A DNA stretch of 64,000 nucleotides. Source: Felis catus (taxonomy: Eukaryota). The translations under genes were made by a program, and so were the position numbers. Where the stretch lies: NCBI RefSeq assembly GCF_018350175.1, contig NC_058368.1, forward strand, positions 226,860,001-226,924,000, read 5' to 3'. A model generated the notes under the pieces. That model made no database searches. It was given only the letters and a program-made list of their open reading frames with translations, and was not told the origin of the DNA. Positions 1 to 12,420 of the stretch are shown here, piece by piece; the stretch's first letter is position 1; each line of letters opens with the position of its first letter.

Positions 1-1632
1 ATGAGTCCAAAATCCCAAGAGGTGTCTCCAAGGAGAGGCTGCCTCCCTTTACCAGGTGGTAAGATCATCAGTCACAGAGACTTGTAGCTTACCGGGATCA
101 TTAGGGGCCCCAAAGGTAAAGAGCATGCCGCAGCTTGCTGGATAACTTCCTCTGTAGTCTGCTGGTTTGGCTGCCACTCAATGCACGCTGATTTGGGGGT
201 TGGCAGATATAAAGGACTAAGCAGAATGCCCATGTGAGACACATATTATCCAAACACCTCAACAATCCAACAATGTGCTGGGCCTCCTTTTGGTGCTGGA
301 GAGACTGAAGGTACAACAGTTTTTCCCTGACGGCCAGAGGGATTGAGCATTGTGAATTAGTCTACACAGTTCCTCCAAGAAACATCTTGGCAAGAAGGAC
401 TCTGGATTTTGTTGGGGTTTACGAACTGCGTCAGCCGGTTGAGGTGTAATAACACCAGAATCAGGATAGCTGCCGCTGAGGCTTTTCAACCAACATCAGA
501 GGTTAGAGGCACTCAGGCTAAATCCTGGCCCCTTATTGGTGGGAAAAGGTGGGGCAGAGGGGGGCGGGCTTTTGTCCCGCTAGCACTTCTCTACAGTCCC
601 TCTTCATGATTGACAGAATCCCTTCTGGCACTTATGGGTCGCATCAACACAGCAATTGCTACTATACCTTGAGATGTAGAAACACTGTCAAGAGTATATT
701 GAATGAGGGGTGCCTGGGGGGCTCAGTCTGTTGGCCGTCTGACTTCAGCTCAGGTCATGGTCCTCCAGTCTGTGCGTTCGAGCCCCACGTCAGGCTCTGT
801 GCTGACAGCTGGGAGCCTGGAGCCTGCTTCGGATTCTGTCTCCCTCTCTCCCTGCCCCTCCCCACTCATGCTCTGTCTCTCTCTCCCTCTCAAAAATAAA
901 TAAATATTAAAAAAAGATGTAAGAGCCCAAGATGAACGAGCCCAAGAGGGGTCACTCACAACATCCTTTCCCTTCCCAACGTTTTCCTGTACACTTGGAT
1001 GGTTGCGAATGGTCTTCAGTCCCTTTTGGAAACTGAGTCTTCAGCCTTATCTCTAATCGTTCTCTTAAACTAGAGACTGGAAAGAGGAGAGGGAAGATCA
1101 GGAGAGGGAAGTACAGAGGGAGAGCAGCTCCTCACCAGGAAGGCAGACAGACTTACTTTCTGTTTTGTGCAGAGTGGAACCTGCTTATAGCTCAACCAAA
1201 TGAACTGCTGGTGTTTTTGATCCACTTAAAGCTCTCTGTTCTCATCGCTGACACCAATCCCTTCTACCCTGAAGACCCCTTAACTCAGCAACTATAGTCA
1301 CATTGCCTTTTGTCTGGAGTCTCAAGACTTGCTGACCCAACGGCATGATAAATACCCCTTCCTTCCCTGCCTAAAAGAGAGCAGGCAAAACCCAAAAGCA
1401 CCATTCAAGAGACTTGTTTTAATTCTTTTGCTCAGCTCCTGAACATTCATCAATAGGTAGCGTATTAGAGGACCCTTATTCCATATCCCTCCTATCACTT
1501 GGTTGAGAGCATTTGCTACTGGATCATAGTAAGGCTCTGCATACTCCCTAACCCGGCCTACAAAGCCCTCATTCTTTCTCTTCCAGAAACCCATGCCTCG
1601 GTCAGTATCCCATCTCCAAAAACTTCAGAAAC
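1..1632 (-). mobile_element. Internal region of a deleted ERVL-class element (gag start plus RT-thumb remnant), running off the left edge
   Basis: ORF 1322-1594(-) begins MGFW like ERVL gag, about 40 nt after the LTR at 1633-2084. ORF 101-316(-) contains QKEAQHIVGLL, resembling ERVL RT TKKEAQRLVGLF. Interrupted by a SINE at 707-915. Confidence 0.65.
707..915 (+). mobile_element. Can-SINE (SINEC_Fc-like)
   Basis: GGGGTGCCTGGGGGGCTCAGTC head, (CT)-rich segment, AATAAA and A tail; no clear TSD. Confidence 0.95.
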
Positions 1633-2084
1633 TGTGAAGGGTCTGAGATTATATTGTACTTGCAAGGTAAGAAATTAGCCTGCCATGGTTTCATGGGTGC
1701 TGACAGAAAACATGAGACTCCTGAACATTTATTACTCACAGAAGAGCAAGTGGCCTGAGCTTCATGTCTGCATCAGTCATTCTTGGCCCTCAGTTCCACT
1801 GGGCATCATGAAGCAACTCAGGTAGACTCTGCACATGCATTGAATTTATACCCTATACTCCATTATTGTTAGGGAACCCAAATATTTTATAACGGGATGC
1901 AAACAAACTTTCCTGAACTTTGCCCTGGAGGGAGACATGACTATTTTACCTGACCCTGTTGGGAGACATTGCTTTCATATTTTTGAATACCTTGCCCTCG
2001 GCGTCGCTGACATCACTAGGTCTTGTGAAACACAACATCCTTATGAATTATAGACACAGGGACAGAAACGTTTTTAGGGCAACA
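1633..2084 (-). mobile_element. ERVL-class LTR (MER70/MER76-like), 5' LTR of the element at 1-1632
   Basis: TG...CA termini (tgtgaagggtctgagat at 1633; gggcaaca ending at 2084). Recognised LTR sequence; subfamily from memory. Confidence 0.65.
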
Positions 2085-3245
2085 TGGGCATATTACGGGG
2101 CCTCCTTCTATTTTTGCCCACTCAAATCTTGCAGCCTTTTGGGCTCTTCAATCAATGGAACACAGCACATACCCAAATTAGGTGCATGTAGCCTCAAAAT
2201 CCAAAGGGCCCACTAGTCCTTTTGTTTCCTTCTTAGTACCAGAAGGGCCAGATGCAACAACTTGCTATTTACCTTGGAAGAGTTATCTTGATATTTCCCA
2301 GACTTCTGGATTCCTAGAAATCAAGGCTGGCAGACCTACACATTTTTATGGAACTTTTTTCCCCATCCTCAAGCAAACATACATTTTTCCCAGCACCATG
2401 TTTTCTTCCTGCTGTTGAGGTCCAATTAACAGGATATCACCCATGTACTGGGTCAGTGTGAAGTCCTGAGAGGTGACTGCAATATAGGGCCAGAGAGTTG
2501 ATGTTGTTGGAACTTGGACTGTGTACGTATATTGCTGATTGCGTCAGGTGAAAGAAAACTCTTTCTGTTGATCTTTACTAAGAGGTATAGGGAAAAAAGA
2601 ACATTTGCCAGATCAAAAACTCCATACGAGTTGCCTGAAGATGTGTTGATTTGCTTTAGAATAGCGGTTATCAATGGAGTGATGTGGGGGCGGTTTGCCA
2701 CCCAGAAGACAGTGGCAATGTCTGGAGACATTTTTGGTCATCACAACTGCGGGGAGGGGTGCTACTAGTAACTGGTGGGTAAAGGACAAGGATGCTGCTA
2801 AACATGCTGTCATGCACAGGGCAAGACCCACCACAAAGTATTATCTGGTCTAAAATGTCAACAATGCCATGCTTGAGAAATCTTAATCTTGAGTAAAATT
2901 GGAACAGAGCTGTAGTTGGAATTCGTGGCTGGTTGAGTTTGTAATAATCTATTGTCATCTTCCAAGATTCAGCTGTGTTCTGAACAGGCCAAATGTGTGG
3001 GCTGAATGAGATTATGGTTATAATGACCCCTCCCCCCTGAAACTTTCAAGTCCTCAATGGTGGCACATACCTATGCAATGTCTCCAGAAATGTATTCTTT
3101 CTTCTGGATTATTATTTACCTAGATAAAGGAAGTTCTACATGCTTCCCCTTGGCCTTGCCTACAATAAAAGTCATCACTCCGGAGATCAAAGAACCCAAA
3201 TGAGAATTTTGTCAGTTTTGGACCATACCTATTCCAATTTACTTT
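2085..3245 (-). mobile_element. Degenerate ERVL pro-pol (protease C-terminus and RT)
   Basis: Minus-strand remnants: IVGKAKGKHVELPL, IWPVQNTAESWKMTIDYYKLNQ, LKQINTSSGNSYGVFDLANVLFS, TKKETKGLVG..KAARFEW. All resemble ERVL pol. Stops and frameshifts present; split by MER20. Confidence 0.88.
2662..2884 (+). mobile_element. MER20 (hAT-Charlie non-autonomous DNA transposon)
   Basis: ggcaatgtctggagacatttttggt...gatgctgctaaacat...aatgtcaacaatgcc..ttgagaaa matches the MER20 consensus; inserted in the ERVL RT. Confidence 0.88.
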
Positions 3246-3317
3246 GCGAACAGAAAATGACAACAGAAGGACTCAGCAACCCATTGGACAATTTGTTAAA
3301 TACAACCTTTATATTGA

Positions 3318-3785
3318 AGAGAGGGAATACCAGAATGGATTTATAACGTAAGGCCTGTTTGTTGATCCCCTAAGTGTGTCACCTGGGAGGTCCAGAGGGG
3401 ATTCCCTCTAACAAGGCTGTGAGAAATATATTCATATGGAGTGCCTCAACATCCCTGAAAATCTCTGTGGTTTCTATTTTCTATAGGCCATAAATGACAG
3501 AGGGAGTACCTGTTTTCAAACTAGTCTTCTTTTTTTTAATTTTTTTTCAATGTTTATTTATTTTTGACAGGTAGAGACAGAGCATGAGCAGGGGAGGGGC
3601 AGAGAGAGAGGGAGACACAGAATCCGAAGCAGGCTCCAGGCTCTGAGCTGTCAGCACAGAGCCCGATGTGGGGCTCAAACCCACAAACTGTGAGATCATG
3701 ACCTGAGCCAAAGTCGGACGCTCAACCGACTGAGCCACCCAGGTGTCCCTCAAACTAGTCTTCTAAATTCAGTGGGGATTAAGGA
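3318..3785 (+). mobile_element. ERVL gag fragment, opposite orientation to the adjacent pol
   Basis: Plus-strand EGIPEWIYNVRP...EGIPSNKAVRNIFIWSASTSLKISVVSIFYRP resembles ERVL gag (WEGPEDIPLTNALRN...APASLKSSV). Interrupted by a SINE. Confidence 0.75.
3531..3749 (-). mobile_element. Can-SINE
   Basis: Full SINE with perfect TSD tcaaactagtcttct (3516-3530 / 3750-3764). Confidence 0.97.
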
Positions 3786-4085
3786 GTTCTAGGGAAATCT
3801 CTGAAATTGACATAAGCCCAAATTACATTTCCCCAACTTGCATGTGATTATTAACAGAACAGAGCTTCAACATTATCTGAGCTTTCTGTCACTACCTCGG
3901 CAGAATTCATTCTCTCCACTTACTTTTCACTCAGTCAGTCTTTCTTCTCTAGCCCTTTGCTAAAATAGCTCTTCTCAAGAACATCCCTAACTCATACTTT
4001 GGTAAAGTTAATAAAAAATTATTCAACCTATCGAGCACTTCAATCCACAAAAATCTCACGTTTTCATTACCCATCAGAATCTTCG

Positions 4086-4286
4086 TTTTCTTTTTTTAAC
4101 ATTTATTTATTATTGAGAGACACAGAGCGTGAGCAGGGGAGGGGTAGAGGAAGGTAGAGTCCGAAGCAGGCTCCGGGCTCTGAGCAATCAGCACAGAGCC
4201 CAACGCGGGGCTCGAACTCACAAACTGTGAGATCATGACCTGAGCCAAAGTCAGTCAGCCAACCAACTGAACCACCCAGGCACCCC
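4086..4286 (-). mobile_element. Can-SINE
   Basis: SINE body with degenerate TSD tcattacccatcagaatctt / tcattagccatcgggatctt. Confidence 0.95.
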
Positions 4287-4687
4287 TCATTAGCCATCGG
4301 GATCTTGATGGTTTTATCTCCTTCCTTATTAAACATGTTCTAAAAGTATAACCATGGCCTTACAGAAACTCTTTTTCTCCCTCTTTCCCATCAATACACT
4401 AAGGTAGCAGAATCTACAGCCACTGTCCTCTTACTCAGCCTCTGATCTGAGTAGGTAAATATTGACCCCCAAAATCACATTTACTGCATTACTTCAAATT
4501 TGTGAGCACAATTATCAAATGGAATTGCAGTAAATTTCCCGTACTCATCATATTTAAATCTCTGCAATGTTATAAGCACTGTCAGCCCCTCCCTCCTTGA
4601 AATACATTCTTCTCTAAGCATAGCCCAAGACTTGTATCTTCAGTTGGTTACTCAGTCTCCTCACTTGAATGTATAAAAGATAGCTCA

Positions 4688-4927
4688 GGGCCTCCTGGGT
4701 GGCTCAGTCCATTAAGCATCTGGCCTCTTGGTTTAGGCTCAGGTCACGATCTTACAGTTCATGAGACGGAGCTCTGTGCCAGGCTCTGTGCTGACAGTGT
4801 GGAGCCTGCTTGGGATTCTCTCTCTCCCCTCTCTCTCTCTCATTCTCTCTGCTCCTCCTCTGTTCTCTCTCCCCTCTCACAAAATAAATAAATAAACTAA
4901 AAAATAAAAAATATTAAAAAATAAATG
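4688..4927 (+). mobile_element. Can-SINE
   Basis: SINE body; TSD aaagatagctca / aaagatatctca. Confidence 0.95.
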
Positions 4928-5400
4928 AAAGATATCTCAAACTGAATTAAAAAAAAAAAAGAGCCATTATTTCCACTCCCACTCAAATCTTCCTGGGCTC
5001 TTTAATGCCCATATTGATAAATAACACTACCATCACACTACTCTGGCTCTTTTCTTTCTCAATCATCCAATATCTCATCATCTCAAAATCTTATTTTGTT
5101 CCATCTCTAAAACATATTCAAAATCTAGTCACCTTTCATGTCCCTCCTGCCCGAGGCTAAAAAAACGTTCTCTGTTGCCAGGACTTCTGCAGTAGGCTCT
5201 TAACACAGGCCCTGAAGGCTAGCAAATCAATGAATGATAAAGAGTATTATTGACTGTTGTCAGATTCACTTACCCATCCCCTGTCTGGTATTATATGTGT
5301 GTTATCTTTAATATCTTATCAAATATAGAATCATATGACCTAACAAAGTTAGGCGCAACTATCTATTTATATACTTATTTAGGACGTTGGGAGTGACTTA

Positions 5401-5629
5401 ATTTTTTTACTTAAAAAAAAACTTTTTCTAACATTTATTCACTTTTTTTGAGAGACAGAGCACAAGTCAGGGAGGGGCAGAGAGAGAGAGGGAGATACAG
5501 AATCTGAAGGAGGTTCCAGGCTCTGAGCTGTCAGCACAGAGCCCGATGTGGGGCTCAAACCCATAAACTGCTAGATCATGACCTGAGCCAAAGTTGGACA
5601 CTTAACCAACTGAGCCACCCAGGCACCCC
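5401..5629 (-). mobile_element. Can-SINE
   Basis: SINE body; ggagtgac repeated on both sides. Confidence 0.95.
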
Positions 5630-5811
5630 AGGAGTGACATTAAAGATAACTTGAACTATGGCCTGGTCTCTCAGGTTATGTTGCCAAACTCCAAATATTT
5701 AAGATATACTTTCGGGGCCACAGGGCTAATTAGTCCTAGTGCCCAACTAGAGACCACATATCAGGACTCTCAGCTAAGTGCTCTTCCTAATGCTTGAAAA
5801 AGCGATGTTTC

Positions 5812-5940
5812 GGGGCACCTGGGTTGGTCAGTCAGCTAAGCATCTGACTTTGGCTCAGGTCACGATCTTGCAGTTCCTGAGTTCGGGCCCCACGTCAGGA
5901 TTCTGTGCTGACAACACGGAGCCTAGAACCTGCTTCAGAT

Positions 5941-5971
<31 letters not shown>

Positions 5972-6040
5972 GCCCCTCCCCCTGCTCTCTCTCTCTCTCT
6001 CTCTCTCTCAAAAGTAAATAAATATGAAAAAAAATTTTTT
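5812..6040 (+). mobile_element. Can-SINE
   Basis: SINE body; TSD aagcgatgtttc / aagtgatgtttc. Confidence 0.96.
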
Positions 6041-6649
6041 AAGTGATGTTTCTCCATATGTATGCATGTGCATGACCTTGTGATCATGCTATATTCCTTT
6101 TCTAACCATTCTGGACTAATTGTTATGGCTCTCTGGTACTGTGTTGTGCCTGGAAGTGGTATAAGATAAAACAAACACTGTATGTATAACTTGACATTAA
6201 CTTCCCTGGTTAATTGCATTCTCCCCTCTCAGTATACCCAGAGGTATCCTCTGAGCTGTTAGAACTTTGTGTAAATAAAGACATCCTTACCACGTAGGAA
6301 ACCTCCAGAATGCCTTACTCAGGGAATTGAGTTCCAAACAGCCCAAGAACCCTTCCTTTAGTAACGAAGACACTCCCCAAATGGTAGGCAGTATGTTTGG
6401 GTCCTTGTAGCTAACTCTGGGCCCCTTTCTTATCTGTGTGAAGTGTCTGACTGTCTGCTTATTTTATCCCAGCATATGGGCTAAATTACACCTTCCTTTA
6501 GATACGTAATTTAAATCACCTTTCCTGCCCAGCAGCCTGTCAGGATTCGGCCACCTGTAGGGGCCTAAAGAGATTACATGTTGAAAATACTGAGCGCTAT
6601 GCCAATCCCAACTTCTGCTCTTGAGCCTGAGGCTAGGTAATTCCACAAC

Positions 6650-7160
6650 TCAACATTTCAACAAACATTTATTGACTATTTGAAAAGTACTATGTAAGTT
6701 ACTCAGGGGGAAACAGAGATGAATTTTTACCTATGTCCTCTAGAGGTTCACCATCTGGAGAACATATATGAGTTTGACACAACATGAGGCTGTGATTCAA
6801 GCCATGGTAGAAGCCCAATTTAAGGGAGGGAATTTGGATAAGGTCCTGAAAGATCCATGGTATGTCAAACGTGATCATGGGGCCCGGAGAGCTGCAGGGC
6901 GTTAGGGCAATGGAAGAACTACCAATGTGATTGAAGCTTTGCATGCGTATTGGGGGTTACGAGGCTGGAAACGTTACTAGGAAACAAATCATGAAGTGCT
7001 TTGAACTTTAGCATTTAGATCGTGGTTCATATTCTGATTTCAGTTGTGACTCATACAAGTTTTGAGCAGGAGTATGATACCACCAGCCCTGTATTTTACG
7101 AAAACAGCGTGTGTAAGGGGCACGACTGAGAGTAGAGTTGGCCAGGAGATAAGAATGCTA
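6650..7160. mobile_element. L2 LINE fragment
   Basis: tcaacaaacatttattgactat..., typical L2 3'-end sequence followed by purine-rich L2 body. Confidence 0.6.
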
Positions 7161-7189
7161 ACCAGCTGGAAAAGAGAAGATCTGCTGTT

Positions 7190-7670
7190 GTTTGCCTTCA
7201 GCAGAACACCAGGCACTCATGACCTTTTCCTTTAAAAACAGTTCCTCAGGTTTCCTTTGGGGGAACAACAATTCTTCCAGCTAATGCACCTTACGTGGTA
7301 TTGACTCCATTTTTGCTTCCAACGTAGGGCATGTGACTTAGGTAGCTTCAATCAAAACAGTGTCTTCCCCTAATTGAAATGATTGGTTTCATAATGCGTG
7401 TTTTGGGGTGTCTAAAAGAAAAACAGAAGATTATTCCTATTGGGATTGCATTTGGAAGGTAGAGTTGACTGTCACACATTACCTGCTCAGTGATCATGTG
7501 TTTCATAAATGAAGACAACTATTTGCCATGAGGAAAGAAAACCTGAGAACAGAGCTTAAACTGGGATGAAGCAAGAGAAACTGGAACCTGACGACACTGT
7601 TTGAGCCCTGAATCAAGCCTCCGTAGAGCTATTTCTACTCTAAGACTTTAGTTAATGAAAGACACATAAC
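7190..7670 (+). mobile_element. ERVL LTR (LTR16-like)
   Basis: gggcatgtgacttagg...gattggtt...tgacgacactgtttgagccctgaatcaagcc, characteristic of the LTR16 family. Confidence 0.6.
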
Positions 7671-7737
7671 CAATGAAGGAGGATGCAATAAAACCCCGAG
7701 AAAGGCTCAGGGATCTAGCTTCAAACAGAGGTCCACC

Positions 7738-8331
7738 TGTATCAGTCAGCTATTGACATGATAATTCTTTGTAACAAACCATCCCAAGGATCAATGGCTT
7801 AAAATAATAACAAATAAAATAAATTATAATAATAATAATAATTAATAAATAAACATTATTTAAAGTAACAATTATTATTTTAATTATCTTGTTCACATGT
7901 CTATAAGTGGCTGAAGGATAGTTGAAAGAGACTGAAATCAGTGGTGCAACTTTGTTTCGGTCTGTGTGTTTGACTTCCTCAACTCCTCGGTGTAGATTTG
8001 ACTCAGATCTGCTCCATATTTGTTTATAATGGAGTCTGTAATCAGGCAATAGCTATAAAGGGCAGGTTTTTATAATGATGGTGTAAATGTAAGATGACAA
8101 GCCCAAACATACAAGTACAGTTCAAGCCTCTGCTGCTGAGTTCCTTTTGGCCAGGAGCAAGCCACATGGCTGAGCTCTAAGTCACGCTTTAGGGAAGCAC
8201 ACTCCACCTATATGAGGTTAAAGCAAAACTCACACAGCCAAGCCCAACATCAATGGAAGAGGTAAGTAGACTTAAGATAAGAATGTGAGAAGGGGAGTAA
8301 ATATTTTTTAACAAGAATGTATTCTGATACA
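7738..8331 (-). mobile_element. MaLR LTR (MLT1I/J-like)
   Basis: tgtatcagtcagctattg...aacaaaccatcccaag..ggcttaaaataa and ttggccaggagcaagccacatggctgagc. Confidence 0.7.
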
Positions 8332-9887
8332 ACTATTCTCACTAAGCAGATAGGAATTTATCAAGGACTGGAAAATAGCTCATAGGATGGAGAGAAATTC
8401 TTTCCAGAGGCCAGTACAGGACAAGACCCTCCAGGATCAAGACTACTGCTTCAGTCCTGATCACAAAATGGTATCCTCAAGTGGGCATATTAAAATCCAA
8501 GTACAGTGGGATATACAACCAAGTGCTGATATCTATTAGAAGACGGGAAATAGTGAGCTATAATTATACACAAGAATATTTGTTCACCGTGAAAGACAGG
8601 AACCAAGTACTGAAACCTGTTGGGATGTTACATCTAAGCACAGTTAGAGAAGCCAATCAAGAAGAGAAAGAAACAGCGCAAAACTTGGAAAATGGAAAGA
8701 AGCCATATGAGACCCCAGCTATATGGGAAATTGGCTCTTCCAAAACGCAAGGCTAAAAAGACTTTCATCTTCATGGTTAGCCATAGGGAAATCTGCAGCA
8801 TCGTAGGAGTAAGCACTGTGGAGCAGTGGGGTTGGCTCCAGAAGAGTCTTGAGACGTTGTTGGGTTTCCACGGGTCGTGCTTGCACCTGGATAAAAGAGT
8901 GATGGGTATAAAATTCTGGAGTCACAATCTGCTTCCTCTAATCCTCTGTAGATGGTGTTCTATCATCTTTAACACTCAGGGTTGCCAGGAACAATTATAA
9001 GCCCAGCTTCCTGTTTGTTTGTTTCCTTTTTAGATAAGTCACTCTTTCAAAGTGACTGGGTAGCTAGGTGTTCACAGGATTCTTTTCACGTTGAAGAGTA
9101 TTTCTATGGAAACACGCGGAGTGGTGCCACAACCTGGAATTCAAATAGTTTACTTTTTAAGGAAAGTTGTATTTTTCATACAGTCAATATAGCTTGGCTC
9201 TGTCTGGGTGGGAAACGTATGATTATTTTAAAATTCATTTGGGAATGTGAAATTGCTTGCGTATTGCCAGGTGATCTCCGTATCATTTCTCTTGCTCTCC
9301 CTCATGATCCTAATGATTTGTTTTTACTCCTATATTGTTAATAAAAGAGATTTCTATGGGGTTTGTCTTCTAGTTGCAGAGCAGATTTCATCAGAGAGAC
9401 TGGATGAAGGGTTGAGATATTTTACCTCGGGTAAAACAAATGACTATTTCATCTACTGGAATGTTTGCCCAAATGGTACTTAACTGTGAAATAAATTTTT
9501 ACTCTACACTAGAGCGTATTAAGCCTGTACCAACAGATAAATTAACCCTTTACTCTTTTCTCCCTTCAGATAGTTGTTTGGTGCTTTATTCAATGCAATT
9601 ACAGGAGGTATGAACCCATCTATCTCACTTCCTTCTGGTAACATGCCAAACTTCTAGAGAGAACAAAAAAATGTGGGTGTAGTTAGCCTGAAGCCTACAA
9701 CCCAAAATCGATCCCTTCTCTCTAACCCCGATCCTCACACACAGTCCCCTTTTGGTTTGAGGCCCACTTTACTGTTGTAAATTCAACCACAGATCACAAA
9801 TTCAAATCTTTAAGGAGCAGCTATGGGGTGCCAAGCACTATATTAGGCACTGAGGACATAAGGGTTAATTAGAAAGGCACAGTCCCT

Positions 9888-10421
9888 TAGCATAATACCC
9901 TCTAGGCCCATCCTTATTGTCATGTATGGCAAGAATTCATTCTCTTTTATAGCTGGGTAATAGTCTATCGTGTTTCCATACTACGTCTTTATCCATCCAT
10001 CCACGTATAGATGCTAAGTGAAATCAGCCAAAGAGAGAAAGATAAATACCAAAGGATTTTACTTATATCTGAAATATAAAAAATAAAACAAATGAAAAAA
10101 ACAAACAAACAGACTAATAAATACCGAGAACCAGAGGGGCAGAGGGTGGAGAAATGGATGAAGTAGGTGAAGGCAATTAAGAGGTATAAAATTCCAATCA
10201 CAAAATAAATAAGTCATGGGGATGTAAAGCACAGCATAGAAAATGCCGTCAATAATATCGTAATAATTTTGCATGGTGACAGATGGTCACCATTTATCAT
10301 GGTGAATATTGCGAATGCATAGAATTGTCAAGTCACTCTGTTGGGCACCTGCAAGTAGTATAACATTGTATGTCAACTATATATCAATTAAAAATAAGCA
10401 TGTTAATGAATCAATTACAAA
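9888..10421 (+). mobile_element. 5'-inverted (twin-primed) L1 3' fragment, L1MA/L1_Carn-like
   Basis: 9888-~10010 is antisense L1 and ~10011-10395 is sense L1 3'UTR ending tgtatgtcaactatatatcaattaaaaa. TSD agaaag(g/a)cacagtccct at 9871-9887 and 10422-10438. Confidence 0.88.
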
Positions 10422-11450
10422 AGAAAGACACAGTCCCTGTAACACCTGAAGCTTTCTTCATTCTACACAAAATTAAAATGGAGTAGAGGAAATCACTTTC
10501 ACAGTGTAGCCAGAGGAGGTATCTCTGAAGAGATGACATTTATGGTTACATCAGCCAGACAAGCTAAAACCAGTGGCCTCTGTGATGTTTCCTTTTTACA
10601 GTTAGAAATTGTACTGGTTGAATGGCAGGATTTACGGTGATGGTCGGTTTCCAGATTACGGTTGTGGTAGACATTACCCCGTTAGTACTGATGCTCGTGG
10701 AGAGAAATGGTGACTTCCTAAGGGTCCTGGCTGCAAAGATATGAATGGCGATGTAGGGGCGAGGACTGATAGAAGATAGGATTACTTAAAGCACTAAAAC
10801 ATCTCATTCCCAACACTTTTATATGTTCTCATTTAAAAAACTCTCTGCATTGATTGGGCCACAGAGGTAGGCGACTCTAAGGTCTTTTCCAAGCCTAAAA
10901 TTCTGTGATTCTATGTAATGAAAAGAAATGGTACGTGGGTCAGAGGAAGCAATGAGGACCAACCCTCGACATTTCATAGTACACGTTGGACAACACGGAT
11001 TGCGTATTTGCAGTGTAAAAGCACATTTATTCCTATTTCATATATTTCACGTGGACTATTTGAAATTTCTAATAACATCATGGGATCAATATGATTATCT
11101 GTGTGATGTTGATGAGAAAATGAAGACTCAGGGGAAAAGTCACTTAGTCAAAATTTGCTTCTAGGTGCGCCTCTCCTCCTGTGATACCCATACAGCCATC
11201 TGATGTCACCACCTACGTGTGAGCCATGTCATTTGTGGGCCTTTGATAGGTCTGATTCACGCAGTTAAGCAAATTAAATAGATAATCAAGGAAAAACCCA
11301 TGGACTTAGCTGCCACTTACTGCCTGACAAAGGAAAGAAATTCAAACAGTTTTGCAGACACCTACATTTCCCTAGGAACTAAGTTCAAGAAAATATGGAT
11401 TCCTTCTTAAGGGATGCCAAATGACAGTAACCTTAAACTCCACATTTGCA

Positions 11451-11670
11451 GGGACACCTGGGTGGCTCAGTCGGTTAAGCGTCCGACTTTGGCTCAGGCC
11501 ACGATCTCGCAGTTTGTGAGATTGAGCCCTGCCTAGGGCTCTGTGCTGACAGCTCAGAGCCTGGAGCCTGCCTCAGATTCTGTGTCTCCCCTTCTCTCTG
11601 CCCCTCCCCTGCTTGTGCTCTGTCTCTCTCTGTCTCTTAATGATAAATAAATGTTAAAAAAAATTTTTTT
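11451..11670 (+). mobile_element. Can-SINE
   Basis: SINE body; TSD taaactccacatttgca / taaactgcagatttgca. Confidence 0.96.
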
Positions 11671-12420
11671 TAAACTGCAGATTTGCAAAGTATGCGGAAA
11701 AACTGATCAAATGCTTGATTCTCAGTTGGTCACTTTCACGGGCTGAGCACGTAATTACTTAATTTTTACGCATTACCAACATTTACTGAGGAGTCTAAGA
11801 AGATATGATCTACACACTTACCTTTAATGATTTTTGGAATCATTTATGGAATGGTACTTGGGATATCTGGAAAATAACCCCCTAAATATCAGGTTTATTA
11901 TGTGAGCAATTGCAGAAGTTGATTGATTCTCTCATGATGGAATTTTCTAGCATGTATTCATAGTGTCTGTGGTTCAAGAATACTCTATGCTTTAAACATC
12001 ACAGGTAGTGGAGGAAAGTTTCCATGGCTCTTAAATTATAGGTACTTGGAGTATGATCTCATTACCCAGAGGCCCACCCAACCCACATCAGCAGCAGTAT
12101 GGGCACCTGAAGGAATTTGTTAACCAGTTGAAATTTAGAATCACAAAGTCAAACATTGTATTAGGAGATCTCAATTCATGACAACATTATTCCTCTTTCA
12201 CGTGGGAAATCCGATGCCAGAAGCAGAAACTAAAAGTCAAAATTGCCATTTTCTCTCACAAAATGAAAAGGGAGTTTTAGCTAGTCTATACCACTTGCAA
12301 AGACGCCACAGACAAAATACTCCTGAAATGGTACATTAACTTTGGCAGTCTTAACATTTCTATTTCAAATTAAGCGTCTGTATGGGGCAACCCTCTTCCT
12401 AAGTTGAAATGTTTTCTTAC

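Larger units (their letters stand above)
3830..5210 (-). mobile_element. Degraded L2 LINE fragments interrupted by two SINEs
   Basis: Pyrimidine-rich L2-like motifs such as ccctccttgaaatacattcttctct and ctctaaaacatattcaaaatctagtcacc. Confidence 0.5.
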
